DNA from: Desulfobacterales bacterium
GTDB lineage: Bacteria; Desulfobacterota; Desulfobacteria; Desulfobacterales; JAFDDL01
DNA length: 64,000 nt
Assembly (NCBI GenBank): GCA_034003325.1
Contig: JAVEYW010000002.1
Location: forward strand, 315,662 to 379,661
Reading direction: 5' to 3'
In this document: one piece after another, positions 1 through 9,041 of the stretch
Position numbering within the stretch: the stretch's first letter is position 1
Layout: every line of letters starts with the position of its first letter
The notes under the pieces: model-generated
What the model was told of the DNA's origin: nothing
The model's input: the letters and a program-made list of their open reading frames with translations, nothing else
The model's database searches: none
Translations under genes and position numbers: made by a program

Positions 1-1
1 G

Positions 2-448
2 CCCGGGGTCAAAGGTAAAACACTTCAAACGAAGGATTACCGGCTGGGTATTCAGATTTGCTATGAGATGATCTTTCCAGGTCTTTCCAGAAAATTGGTA
101 CAAAACGGCGCGAATTGCATCGTCAATATCACCAATGACGCCTGGTATGGCACCTCAAGCGCCCCCTATCAGCTCTTTTCTATGGCGGTTTTTCGCGCCG
201 TTGAAAACCGGCGCACCGTTATTCGCGCCGCCAACACGGGAATCAGCGGTTTTATTGACCCGGTTGGTCGCATTCTCGGCACCACGGGCTTATTTAAAGA
301 TGCCGCCATGACGCAGCCCGTTCCCATGCTGACCAAAACAAGTCCCTATACCCGATGGGGGGATAGTTTCGCCTTGATATGCTTGGCAACAACGATCATA
401 CTCGTTTTCAGTGGGATGGTACCCCCAAAAAAGCGAGCGCATCATTAA
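2..448 (+). CDS. lnt: apolipoprotein N-acyltransferase, C-terminal part (5' end outside window)
   Basis: The frame is open from the window edge. The translation 'GIQICYEMIFPG...NITNDAWYGTSSAPYQLFSMAVFRAVENRRTVIRAANTGISGFIDPVGRI' is the CN-hydrolase domain typical of Lnt, followed by a hydrophobic tail. Confidence 0.85.
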   Translation, partial: PGVKGKTLQTKDYRLGIQICYEMIFPGLSRKLVQNGANCIVNITNDAWYGTSSAPYQLFSMAVFRAVENRRTVIRAANTGISGFIDPVGRILGTTGLFKDAAMTQPVPMLTKTSPYTRWGDSFALICLATTIILVFSGMVPPKKRAHH

Positions 449-516
449 CGGCGCCGAACCGATCGCCCTGATTCAACGAACCTAACAGACGAATCATCAG
501 AAAAAGGAGGCTTTTT

Positions 517-1621
517 ATGTCATACGAAACCAAACAGACGATCAAGGAACTTGAAGCGGCCATTCAACAGATTCGAGGTTATCTTTGACCTGCCGGGCAA
601 AGAAAACCGCTTAAAAGAAATCGAGCACCTGATATCCCGTGACGGTTTCTGGGACAGCCCCGAGCAGAGTAAATCCATATTAAAGGAAAGAACCGTGCTT
701 ACCAATAAGGTGGGCGCTTTTTACAAGCTGAAAAACAATCTGGAAGACTGCCGGTTGCTTCATGAAATGGCTGTCGAGGAATCGGATGACGATACCCTTG
801 CCGAAGTGACTCAGCAACTCCTTGAACTGGAACAAAGCGTAAAAAAGTTTTCACTGAGCCTGATGCTCACCGGTGAGACGGATTTTAATAATGCCATTAT
901 TTCCATCAACGCCGGGGCCGGCGGCACCGAAGCCCAGGACTGGGCGGAGATGCTGTTTCGAATGTATCTAAGATGGGCGGAGCGAAAAGGATATAAAACC
1001 GAATTAATTGATCTGCAACCCGGAGACGAGGCCGGCATTAAAAGCGCCACGTTTACAGCCGGCGGTGATTATGCGTATGGCTACTTAAAAAGTGAAATCG
1101 GGGTTCACCGGCTGGTCCGCATTTCCCCTTATAATGCCAACGGCAAACGCCATACCTCCTTTGCATCGGTTTTCGTATTTCCCGAGTTGGACAATGAAAT
1201 CGAAATAGATGTCAACGAAAAGGATCTGCGCATTGATGTGTTTCGCGCCTCCGGAGCCGGCGGGCAGCATGTGAATAAAACAAGCAGTGCGGTTCGCATT
1301 ACGCATCTGCCGACGGGAATCGTTGTTCAATGCCAGCAGGAAAAATCCCAACACCGCAACCGCGATCTTGCCATGAAGGTGCTGAAGGCAAGGCTCTACC
1401 AGCACGAAAAACAAAAGCAGGACGATAAACTTCAGGCGCTTCATGACAGTAAAGACGACATTGCATGGGGAAGTCAAATTCGTTCCTATGTCCTGCACCC
1501 GTACCAGATGGCCAAGGATCATCGCATCGGATTGGATATCGGTAATGTGAGCGCCGTATTGGATGGGGATATAGACCCGTTTATTGAAGGCGTGCTTCTC
1601 TCCGGTAAGAGCCGGGGGTAG
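517..1621 (+). CDS. prfB: peptide chain release factor 2, needs programmed +1 frameshift at 586
   Basis: A short frame-0 ORF, ATG(517)...TAT CTT TGA(586-588), joins the 551..1621 ORF by a +1 shift. The product carries the RF2 hallmarks 'SGAGGQHVNKTSSAVRITHLPTG' (GGQ) and 'RISPYNANGKRHTSF' (SPF-type tripeptide region). Confidence 0.95.
575..589 (+). promoter_or_regulatory. RF2 autoregulatory +1 frameshift site (SD-like GAGGT, then TAT CTT TGA C)
   Basis: The sequence cGAGGTTATCTTTGAC has the same architecture as the classical E. coli prfB site AGGGGGTATCTTTGAC: an internal SD-like element, a slippery CUU, and a UGA followed by C. Confidence 0.85.
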
Positions 1622-1622
1622 C

Positions 1623-2171
1623 ATGGTGGACCCCATTGAGATTATTAAAGCGTATTATCCGCCCGAATCCAAAAGTTTTGGCATTCTCCTTGCCCACGGT
1701 CAAAGCGTTGCGGCAAAAGCCCTGAGCGTTGCGAATCGACTCTCGGGGGTCGCTCTGAACCGCACGTTGATAGAAGAGGCCGCCTTGCTGCACGATATCG
1801 GCATCTTTATGACCCGAGCACCGGATATCGGCTGCTTTGGGAATCATCCCTATATCTGCCACGGCTATTTCGGAAGACAGTTGTTGGAAAAAATAGGGCT
1901 TTTTGAGCACGCACGGGTTTGCGAACGGCATGTGGGGGTGGGCATCAGCGCCGAGGAAATTCGCTGGCATCAGCTTCCACTGCCGGAGCGGGATATGCGG
2001 CCGGTTTCCCTGGAAGAAGAGATCATCTGCTATGCGGATAAATTTTTTTCCAAATCCGCAAATGAGACGGCCAACAAAAAATCCGTGGAAGAAATCGTAA
2101 GGACACTCACGCCTTACGGGAAGGGAAAAGTGACTACCTTTCTTTCCTGGGTGAACCGGTTCGGAGGCTGA
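1623..2171 (+). CDS. HD-domain phosphohydrolase (HDIG-like)
   Basis: Translation shows 'EEAALLHDIGIF', 'ICHGYFG' and 'CERHVGVGI', a typical small HD-superfamily hydrolase. The ATG at 1623 lies just after the prfB stop. Confidence 0.75.
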   Translation: MVDPIEIIKAYYPPESKSFGILLAHGQSVAAKALSVANRLSGVALNRTLIEEAALLHDIGIFMTRAPDIGCFGNHPYICHGYFGRQLLEKIGLFEHARVCERHVGVGISAEEIRWHQLPLPERDMRPVSLEEEIICYADKFFSKSANETANKKSVEEIVRTLTPYGKGKVTTFLSWVNRFGG

Positions 2172-2173
2172 TC

Positions 2174-3781
2174 GTGTTGCCGACCATGCTGACAAAAGGG
2201 CTGCGATTTTGCTGCATCATCGGGTTTGGGCATGCCGGGCTATGTGCCGAAGCACAAGCAAAAGCCGCGTTGCGCGCCGGCGCCACCATGCTTCGTGTTG
2301 CAACTGGCGCCTTTTCACTCTCCCATTTTAAGGAACTGCTGACGATTCGCAATCTCTGCCTCGCCAACGGCGTTTTGCTTCTCGTTGACAATGATCCGGT
2401 TCTCGCCAGAGCCATCGATGCCGACGGCGTCCATTTGGCGGAATCGACGGAAACGATCGAAACGGTAAGAATAATCATCGGTGAGCACGCCCTTCTCGGT
2501 ATGAGTGCACCGTTGCATCACTTGCCGGATAGCAGTATTCTGCACAGCCTTGATTTTCTGTCAGTGAGCACTCCGGTAATATCGCGAAAGGGAAAAAAGG
2601 ATACGGCCGCCATCCTATCCCAACTGAAGATCTGCGCATCCGGCATTCCGCTTCCCCTATCGGTGGTAACCGGACCGGACGCCTGCGAGGCCTGTCTATA
2701 TATCGAAAACGGAGCCGCCGGTGTTACGTTGTATTTGCCCTCCTTGCCGAAACCCCCAACCCATGAGGCCCTTATCCTAAAAATGGGGCAGGGGTTGACT
2801 TGTGTCCCGAGACCGGTGCTTGCGCTGCCATGGCGGGACGAATTTGGGTTGATCGCCCGATTGACCGGCAGTGAAATCGGCTTGAATCGGCATCATACGG
2901 CTGTGCGTGTGCCGCCCGGAGATGATGCCTGCCTGCTTGATACATTGCGGCATCCGGTCGTTACGACGGACACGCACCGCGAGGGTGTTCATTTCCGTTT
3001 CGACTGGCAAACACCGGAGGAAGTCGGCGAAAAAGCCGTCAGCGTAACCTTGAGCGATTTGGCGGCTTCCTATGCGAAGCCGGCGGCACTCTTTATCAAC
3101 CTGAGCTTGCCGGAAGGCTTATCGGAAGAAACCGTGGTCGGTGTTTATCGCGGGATTGCCAGGGCGGTCAGCGCATACGATTGTGCTCTGGGGGGTGGCA
3201 ACATCTCAAGGGGCGACGCCTTTGCCCTTGATCTCTTTGCCGTCGGGGAAGGCCGCGAGGATATCTTCCCCACTCGATCAACGGCCCGCCCCGGATTCGG
3301 CCTCTACATCACTGGCGCGCTGGGACTGGCCAGGGCCGGCCTGGAAGCATTGCAACGCAAAGATGCCGGGTTTCCCGAACTGGTTAAACGGTTCAAGGCG
3401 CCGCGCGCCCGGTTTGACGCGGCCGCCGTGCTGGCGGATCATGGCGTAATGTGCGTAATGGACATCAGCGACGGGCTTGCCGGAGATGCCCGTCACTTGG
3501 CGGCGGCTTCCGGCGTCAGCATCGAAATCGAAGTAAAGGATATTCGAGTGGAAGATGAAATGACGGCCTTTTGCCGAAAATACGAGTTGTCTCCCCAAAC
3601 CATGATGATTGCGGGAGGAGAAGACTATGAGCTGCTGTTCGCCTGCCCGCCTGAAACCTTTGACCTAATCAACAAGGCGTTGCCTTGCGCCTTTCAGGTC
3701 GGAAAAATAACAGGCTTTCAGGGGCAACACCTTGTTGGGAACGCGGCGAATATTTCATCTTTTCAGCATGGCCTGCGATAG
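2174..3781 (+). CDS. thiL: thiamine-monophosphate kinase with N-terminal degenerate ThiE-like (thiamine-phosphate synthase fold) domain
   Basis: The C-terminal ~300 aa, 'PPGDDACLLD...VVTTDTHREGVHFRFDW...GEKAVSVTLSDLAA...GGGNISRG...GGEDYELLF', is ThiL/AIR-synthase-like. The N-terminal ~230 aa, 'LLLVDNDPVLARAIDADGVHLAES...GAAGVTLY', resembles ThiE. The start is a GTG. Confidence 0.8.
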   Translation: MLPTMLTKGLRFCCIIGFGHAGLCAEAQAKAALRAGATMLRVATGAFSLSHFKELLTIRNLCLANGVLLLVDNDPVLARAIDADGVHLAESTETIETVRIIIGEHALLGMSAPLHHLPDSSILHSLDFLSVSTPVISRKGKKDTAAILSQLKICASGIPLPLSVVTGPDACEACLYIENGAAGVTLYLPSLPKPPTHEALILKMGQGLTCVPRPVLALPWRDEFGLIARLTGSEIGLNRHHTAVRVPPGDDACLLDTLRHPVVTTDTHREGVHFRFDWQTPEEVGEKAVSVTLSDLAASYAKPAALFINLSLPEGLSEETVVGVYRGIARAVSAYDCALGGGNISRGDAFALDLFAVGEGREDIFPTRSTARPGFGLYITGALGLARAGLEALQRKDAGFPELVKRFKAPRARFDAAAVLADHGVMCVMDISDGLAGDARHLAAASGVSIEIEVKDIRVEDEMTAFCRKYELSPQTMMIAGGEDYELLFACPPETFDLINKALPCAFQVGKITGFQGQHLVGNAANISSFQHGLR

Positions 3782-3787
3782 GCCACA

Positions 3788-4063
3788 TCAGGCCGAGCCG
3801 GGCTGCTTTCGCATGGCCCGAATGATCGGTGTGTTCACGATCAGTGCCGAGACGTTCTTTTCTCTTTGAATATCCAGCTTGATCGCGTCTTCGTCAATCA
3901 CGAAATAACGGGAAATAACGGCAACCACGTCCCGCTGAAGGCTGTCCAATATGTCCTCCGATACTTCCATCTGGTCATAGATAAGTGCGAATTGGAGGCG
4001 CTTTTTGGCGACATCCTTACTTTTATTTTTGCCAAGTATCTTTTCAAAAAAACCATTGAGCAT
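3788..4063 (-). CDS. minE: cell division topological specificity factor MinE
   Basis: The product is 91 aa with 'SKDVAKKRLQFALIYDQ...LDSLQRDVVAVISRYF', and the gene lies directly downstream of minD. Confidence 0.9.
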   Translation of the reverse strand: MLNGFFEKILGKNKSKDVAKKRLQFALIYDQMEVSEDILDSLQRDVVAVISRYFVIDEDAIKLDIQREKNVSALIVNTPIIRAMRKQPGSA

Positions 4064-4075
4064 GGGAGCGCCTCC

Positions 4076-4876
4076 TTAATTCCTACTCGCGATTTTCAGG
4101 CCGAACCTTCCCCAGAAGCCCTTTCGGTATCTGGGCACTTCGATAGGAAGATCCGCCTGGCCGTTGAGTCGCATGGCAATACGCCACATGGCCTCCCCCG
4201 CCTTGCACCCGCTTCTGGCAACCAGCGGCTGCCCGGTGTTGGTGGATATGACGACCTGCTCATCCATCGGTATCAATCCCAGTAATTCGATGGATAACAC
4301 ATCCATTACATCTTCATGGCTGAGCATGTCACCTCTTTGCACCATTTCCGGAACAATCCGATTAATAACGAGTTTGGGCGTGATTTGCCTGGCATACAGC
4401 AAACCGATCACCCGATCTGCATCCCGAATGGAAGAGACTTCCGGCGTGCAGACAACCACCGCCTCATCCGCGCCGGCAACGGCATTCTCGAACCCTCTTT
4501 CAATTCCGGCCGGGCAATCCATCAGAATAAAATCAAATTCCTTTCGCATTCGGTTGCAAAATGTAACCATTTCCTCAGGCTTCAGTACATCCTTGTTGTC
4601 GCTTTGAGAGGCGGGAATCAGAAAAAGATTGTCAATTCTTCGATCCTTGATGGCCGCCTGTTTAATCTGGCATCGGCCCTTGACGGCATCGACTACTGTA
4701 AAGACAATCCGGTTCTCAAGCCCGAGAATGACATCCAGATTTCGAAGCCCGATGTCCATATCCACAACCGCAACCCGCTTGCCATCCATTGCGAGGGCAG
4801 CGCCGATATTCGCCGTAGCCGTGGATTTTCCCACGCCGCCTTTGCCTGACGTGATCACAATAGTTTTTCCGACCAA
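4076..4876 (-). CDS. minD: septum site-determining ATPase MinD
   Basis: It has the deviant Walker A 'SGKGGVGKST', 'VVDMDIGLRNLD', and a C-terminal amphipathic tail. Confidence 0.95.
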   Translation of the reverse strand: MVGKTIVITSGKGGVGKSTATANIGAALAMDGKRVAVVDMDIGLRNLDVILGLENRIVFTVVDAVKGRCQIKQAAIKDRRIDNLFLIPASQSDNKDVLKPEEMVTFCNRMRKEFDFILMDCPAGIERGFENAVAGADEAVVVCTPEVSSIRDADRVIGLLYARQITPKLVINRIVPEMVQRGDMLSHEDVMDVLSIELLGLIPMDEQVVISTNTGQPLVARSGCKAGEAMWRIAMRLNGQADLPIEVPRYRKGFWGRFGLKIASRN

Positions 4877-4939
4877 TTTTCACCTCACGGTTTTATAGGG
4901 TAATTTTTGTAGATAATACATACCGTTTCCGAATGGACA

Positions 4940-5641
4940 CTATCGAAGCTCCGGCCAAGGCAATTTGCTGTAGGGATCCACCTTAAGGTAATCTTCCACC
5001 AGAATGCTGCCTTCTTCCACATGGGCAAATTCCGCACCTTTTTCCGATCTGGGCGGAAGACCGGCTGCGACAAAACCGCCGATCTGAACCTGGGTCGGTC
5101 GAAAATCAAGCGCCATGACGATCGCGGTTTCATTATCCGGATAACCCGCTATCGCGTTCCCACAAAGGCGTCCCATAATCAGTATATCGCCGCCGGCTGT
5201 CACCTGCCCACCGGGATTCACATCGCCGAGCAGCACCAGATGCTTTCTCGCCTCTATTTTCTGGCCCGAGCGGACCCGTCCGGAGATCATCAGCACGTCG
5301 CTGCGGCGGTAGCGCCATGCATCATCCATCTCTTTTTTCCGATGGCTTTCGGCCTGAATAGTTCGCTTCTTCGGCGGCGCCGTCACCATCCCTACATCAA
5401 AACTTTCTTTTAAATACGCAGCCAGATCCCCTATCAATACGTCATGACCGTTCTCTTCTCCGGGATCGAGAATCACCCTGGCATTAACCGCCAGATGGCG
5501 CAACCGTTCAAAAATTCGCTTCAGCTCATCCTTCAGCCGGTCCCGGGATTGCGTGGGGTCAAAGGTTACCCACAAGCTATCCCCAACGCCTTTGAGCCGT
5601 GCGGGAATTTGTTCCTGACCCGAAGATTCCATTAGCCCCAT
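4940..5641 (-). CDS. minC: septum site-determining protein MinC
   Basis: The C-terminal beta-helix motif 'SGQKIEARKHLVLLGDVNPGGQVTAGGDILIMGRLCGNAIAG' is present and the gene sits upstream of minDE. The start is uncertain; the ORF is open to 5722. Confidence 0.85.
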   Translation of the reverse strand: MGLMESSGQEQIPARLKGVGDSLWVTFDPTQSRDRLKDELKRIFERLRHLAVNARVILDPGEENGHDVLIGDLAAYLKESFDVGMVTAPPKKRTIQAESHRKKEMDDAWRYRRSDVLMISGRVRSGQKIEARKHLVLLGDVNPGGQVTAGGDILIMGRLCGNAIAGYPDNETAIVMALDFRPTQVQIGGFVAAGLPPRSEKGAEFAHVEEGSILVEDYLKVDPYSKLPWPELR

Positions 5642-5992
5642 AAAAAAATAATGTTCTTGTGATATGGCACCCAAAAGAGGGCGCAACCTGATCGTAAGGT
5701 TCGGGAAAACCCCCATTCCCATTTGTTGATGATTCTGTTATGGGGATATAGATGAACTTGGCTTGTGTGTCAAGATGGAAAAAACAACAACATATTGTGC
5801 CATACTTTCATTATTTATTAAAAACCTTTAAAATTTAACCCCTTCTTTAAAAAAGACTTGCAAAATATAAAAAAAAAATTATAACCCTACAGATCACGCT
5901 ATATTTAAAATTATTCTTTTTGGAAACAGCCGGGATATCAGGATTCCTGAATTGATATTAGCGTAAAGCCTTACCATTTCGACATTTAATTA

Positions 5993-6021
5993 TTGACAAT
6001 GCACATATCTTCTTGTAATCA
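5993..6021 (+). promoter_or_regulatory. candidate sigma70-type promoter for the HU gene within a ~300 bp AT-rich intergenic region
   Basis: TTGACA (5993-5998) is followed about 17 nt later by TAATCA. A second candidate is TTGCAA (5858) ... TATAAC (5880). These are pattern matches only. Confidence 0.35.
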
Positions 6022-6080
6022 GACCAAAAAGAGGTGAGTGGATCTTTTTTCAACACAAACCTTAAGCGTAGGAGGGGTAA

Positions 6081-6353
6081 ATGACCAAAGCGGAATTAGT
6101 CGAAAAGATGGCAGAAGACGCTGGTATCTCTAAAGTGGCGGCTGCGGCGGCGCTAGATTCGTTTGTCGGCAATGTCACCAAGGCATTGAAGAAAAAAGAC
6201 GGCAAGGTTACGCTAGTGGGATTCGGCACCTTCCTCAAAGTCCGCCGCAAAGCGCGAGTCGGCCGCAATCCTCAAACCGGTGAAGAAATCAAGATCAAGG
6301 CTGCCAATGTTATCAAATTCAAACCGGGTAAAAAGTTGAAAGAAGCAGTTTAA
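6081..6353 (+). CDS. hup: DNA-binding protein HU
   Basis: The product is 90 aa, 'MTKAELVEKMAE...GFGTFLKVRRKARVGRNPQTGEEIKIKAANVIKFKPGKKLKEAV', with a strong RBS (taggaggggtaa) before the ATG. Confidence 0.95.
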   Translation: MTKAELVEKMAEDAGISKVAAAAALDSFVGNVTKALKKKDGKVTLVGFGTFLKVRRKARVGRNPQTGEEIKIKAANVIKFKPGKKLKEAV

Positions 6354-6381
6354 GGCACAGCCTTGACAAGATTGACGCCGG

Positions 6382-6426
6382 GGGCGGTTTTCCGTAGTGA
6401 AGGTAAAACCGCCCTCCCTTTTGTTG
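6382..6426 (+). terminator. rho-independent terminator after hup
   Basis: The stem GGGCGGTTTT (6382-6391) pairs with AAAACCGCCC (6405-6414) and is followed by tcccTTTTgttg. Confidence 0.6.
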
Positions 6427-6506
6427 TGCCCCGGTGTCGCCAATCAGCGAGCGAATACACCCCCGGAATTTGGGCTGCCGCTCTTTCTCAAATGGGCGAC
6501 AGAAAA

Positions 6507-7328
6507 TCATAGCACGGCTTTCTCCACGTCCATCAGCAGGCTGACAGCCAGGTTCGCTTGTTGCCCGGCGGTAATACTGACCCGCGGCGCCATCAAACCC
6601 CTGCCGGGCGCGGCTGCGCTGACGAGATCGCCCACCACATAAACCGAATCGGCAAGTTTTCTCGTTTGAATACTGTTATTGTCCCCATAGCCGGCAAGCC
6701 CGGAGGCGGTAATAATCAACGCATCGGGCAAGCGTTCCGATACGGTCTCAATGAGCAATACTTTTTGCTCCGCCCGGTCAAAGCACTCGATTACGATACG
6801 GGCGGATTGAAAAATAACGGGGATATTTTCCCTATTCAGAAGCACCCGATGCGGGATTACCTTTAGATAGGGGTTTATCTTTTCCAGTATCGTCACCATG
6901 GCATCGGTTTTATAGCAACCGATATGTTCGACGAAATACTGCTGGCGATTGAGATTGCTCGGCTCGACCACATCAAAATCAGCCATGATCAGGGTCCCCA
7001 CCCCCATGCGGGCAAGGCTGACAGCTACATGAGAGCCGAGTCCGCCAAGGCCCGCGATGCCGACGACCGCCCTTTTCATCACGTCGTGAACCCCGGGCGT
7101 ATGCCGCGCCACCATCAGGGATTCAAGGTCCTCCCGCGACGGAATTTCTCCCCGCTGAATCAATACGACGTGATCACCTGCCTGGAGTATGGTTTCCGGT
7201 GCGCAGGGCGCTCCGTTAAGAATCAGTACGTCCGCCATGGGCTTCACGGAATTACGCAGCGCGCCTGCGCTTTGCCCGCAAGGGATCTCCATGCATAGCT
7301 CATTGACAAAAACGCTTATTTTTTCCAT
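6507..7328 (-). CDS. thiF: ThiF-family adenylyltransferase with N-terminal ThiS-like ubiquitin-fold domain
   Basis: The N-terminus 'ISVFVNELCMEIP...ILNGAPCAPETILQAGDHVVLIQRGE' is ThiS-like. It is followed by 'VVGIAGLGGLGSHVAVSLARMGVGTLIMADFDVVEPSNLNRQQY', the E1-like nucleotide-binding fold. Confidence 0.8.
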   Translation of the reverse strand: MEKISVFVNELCMEIPCGQSAGALRNSVKPMADVLILNGAPCAPETILQAGDHVVLIQRGEIPSREDLESLMVARHTPGVHDVMKRAVVGIAGLGGLGSHVAVSLARMGVGTLIMADFDVVEPSNLNRQQYFVEHIGCYKTDAMVTILEKINPYLKVIPHRVLLNRENIPVIFQSARIVIECFDRAEQKVLLIETVSERLPDALIITASGLAGYGDNNSIQTRKLADSVYVVGDLVSAAAPGRGLMAPRVSITAGQQANLAVSLLMDVEKAVL

Positions 7329-7354
7329 CGGCCGTCCCTTTCGGGTTTGTGCTC

Positions 7355-7392
7355 AAAAAAAGCCGGCGCAACCCAAGCGGCCGGCCGGCTTT
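7355..7392 (-). terminator. rho-independent terminator after nfnB
   Basis: On the minus strand the stem AAAGCCGGC/GCCGGCTTT is followed by a T-run (plus-strand A-run at 7355-7361). Confidence 0.6.
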
Positions 7393-7426
7393 CTCTTGAT
7401 GTCTTCTCAACGATAAGCGGCCGCGG

Positions 7427-8839
7427 TTACCACCCCATGGTGAGGTATTTATGAATCGAGTTGGCGGCCTTCCTGCCTGCCCCCATGGCAAGGATAACCG
7501 TTGCGGCGCCGGTAACAATGTCTCCACCGGCCCAAACGCCTTTTTTGGTGGTTTTACCGGTTTCAGGATCTGCAATAATATATCCCCGTTTATTCAATCC
7601 CAGCTCCGGCGTGGACGTTGTCAGTAGCGGATTCGCACCGGAACCGACCGCCACGATGACCAGATCGCATTCCATTTTAAACTCGGAGCCTTTTTTGGGA
7701 ATGGGGCGCCGTCGGCCCGAATCATCCGGCTCGCCCAATTCCATTTGAATACATTCCATTCCGGTCAGCCGTCCCTTTTCGTTACCGATATAGCGCACTG
7801 GGTTGGTCAACAAGAAAAATTCAATGCCTTCTTCCTCCGCATGGTGAATTTCAGCGGTCCGCGCCGGCATTTCGTCCCGGGACCGGCGATAAACAATCCG
7901 TACGCGGTTCGCCCCTAAACGCATCGCTGTTCGAGCTGAATCCATGGCCACGTTTCCGGCGCCGAGGACGACCACATCTTTGCCCCGGGGAATCGGGGTA
8001 TCATATTCTGGAAACCGATAAGCCTTCATCAGATTCGCACGGGTCAGGTATTCGTTGGCAGACAGTATTCCCACCAGGTTCTCGCCGGGAATATTCATGA
8101 ATCGCGGCAACCCCGCACCCACTCCGATGTAAATCGCGTCATACCCCTCGTCAAACAACTCGTCCAAACTCACAGTCCGGCCAACCACAGCGTTGCATTC
8201 CACCTTAACGCCCAATCTTTCAAGAAAGTTAACTTCCTGAGCCACGATCGCCTTGGGCAAGCGAAATTCCGGAATTCCGTACACAAGTACGCCACCCGGT
8301 TTGTGAAACGCTTCCAGAACCGTCACGGCGTGGCCTTTTTGAATCAAATCCCCGGCAACCGTCAAACCGGAGGGACCTGAACCGACAACCGCCACTTTCT
8401 TGCCGGTGGGCGCCTGGACCGGCGGTAAGGCGCCCGTCCCATGGAGGCGTTCATAATCGGCGGCAAAGCGTTCCAGGTTCCCGATGGCGACCGGCGCTCC
8501 CTTTTTCGCCAGAATACATTCTCCCTCGCACTGAATTTCCTGGGGGCAGACTCGCCCGCAAACGGCGGGAAGCGCATTCTGTGTCCATATATGCCGAATG
8601 GCTTCCGTGTATTTCTTTTCACAAATGAGCTTGATAAAGCCGGGAATATCTACTCCGACCGGACATCCTTTAACGCACCCCGGGTTTTTGCACTGCAAAC
8701 AGCGATCGGCTTCCGTGATCGCCAACTCCGGAGTATACCCCAACGGCACTTCTTCAAAATTACGCCGCCTTATTTCAGGCGCCTGTTCGGGCATGGCCTG
8801 ACGCGGTTTCTTGTCCTTTTTTTTCGATTCTTCCGACAT
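7427..8839 (-). CDS. nfnB: NADPH-dependent glutamate-synthase-small-subunit-like oxidoreductase (NfnB/SudA type)
   Basis: It has the N-terminal 2x[4Fe-4S] Cys pattern 'CLQCKNPGCVKGCP...CGRVCPQEIQCEGEC' and two Rossmann motifs, 'VAVVGSGPSGL' and 'VVVLGAGNVAMD'. It is paired with the nfnA-like gene upstream. Confidence 0.85.
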   Translation of the reverse strand: MSEESKKKDKKPRQAMPEQAPEIRRRNFEEVPLGYTPELAITEADRCLQCKNPGCVKGCPVGVDIPGFIKLICEKKYTEAIRHIWTQNALPAVCGRVCPQEIQCEGECILAKKGAPVAIGNLERFAADYERLHGTGALPPVQAPTGKKVAVVGSGPSGLTVAGDLIQKGHAVTVLEAFHKPGGVLVYGIPEFRLPKAIVAQEVNFLERLGVKVECNAVVGRTVSLDELFDEGYDAIYIGVGAGLPRFMNIPGENLVGILSANEYLTRANLMKAYRFPEYDTPIPRGKDVVVLGAGNVAMDSARTAMRLGANRVRIVYRRSRDEMPARTAEIHHAEEEGIEFFLLTNPVRYIGNEKGRLTGMECIQMELGEPDDSGRRRPIPKKGSEFKMECDLVIVAVGSGANPLLTTSTPELGLNKRGYIIADPETGKTTKKGVWAGGDIVTGAATVILAMGAGRKAANSIHKYLTMGW

Positions 8840-9041
8840 AATTTCCTCCTGAAAAGTCCCGATGAAAACAGCTAAGAGGCGTTATCGACCCAACCAACGC
8901 TTGCAACTGTGAAAAGCGAAAAGTTGTACCCGCCTAACCCGGCAAAACCGGAAGCGGGGCGGCTGGACTGCTTGGCAGTCAATGCCCTTCTTTAAATGAT
9001 ACGCGCTTAAAAGGCTTTAGAATAGATCCACACATGACAAA

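Noticed and set aside
1124-1132. RF2 reads SPY where the E. coli stop-codon recognition tripeptide is SPF.
   Set aside because: This is a conservative Phe to Tyr change in an otherwise typical RF2. It is most likely a lineage variant, and I cannot tell without an alignment, so it is not reported as a finding.
5723-6080. Whether the strongly AT-rich 350-bp stretch is a mobile-element scar or a replication origin.
   Set aside because: I saw no DnaA-box clusters or terminal repeats. It lies between divergent minC and hup, so it is most simply a promoter/UP-element region.
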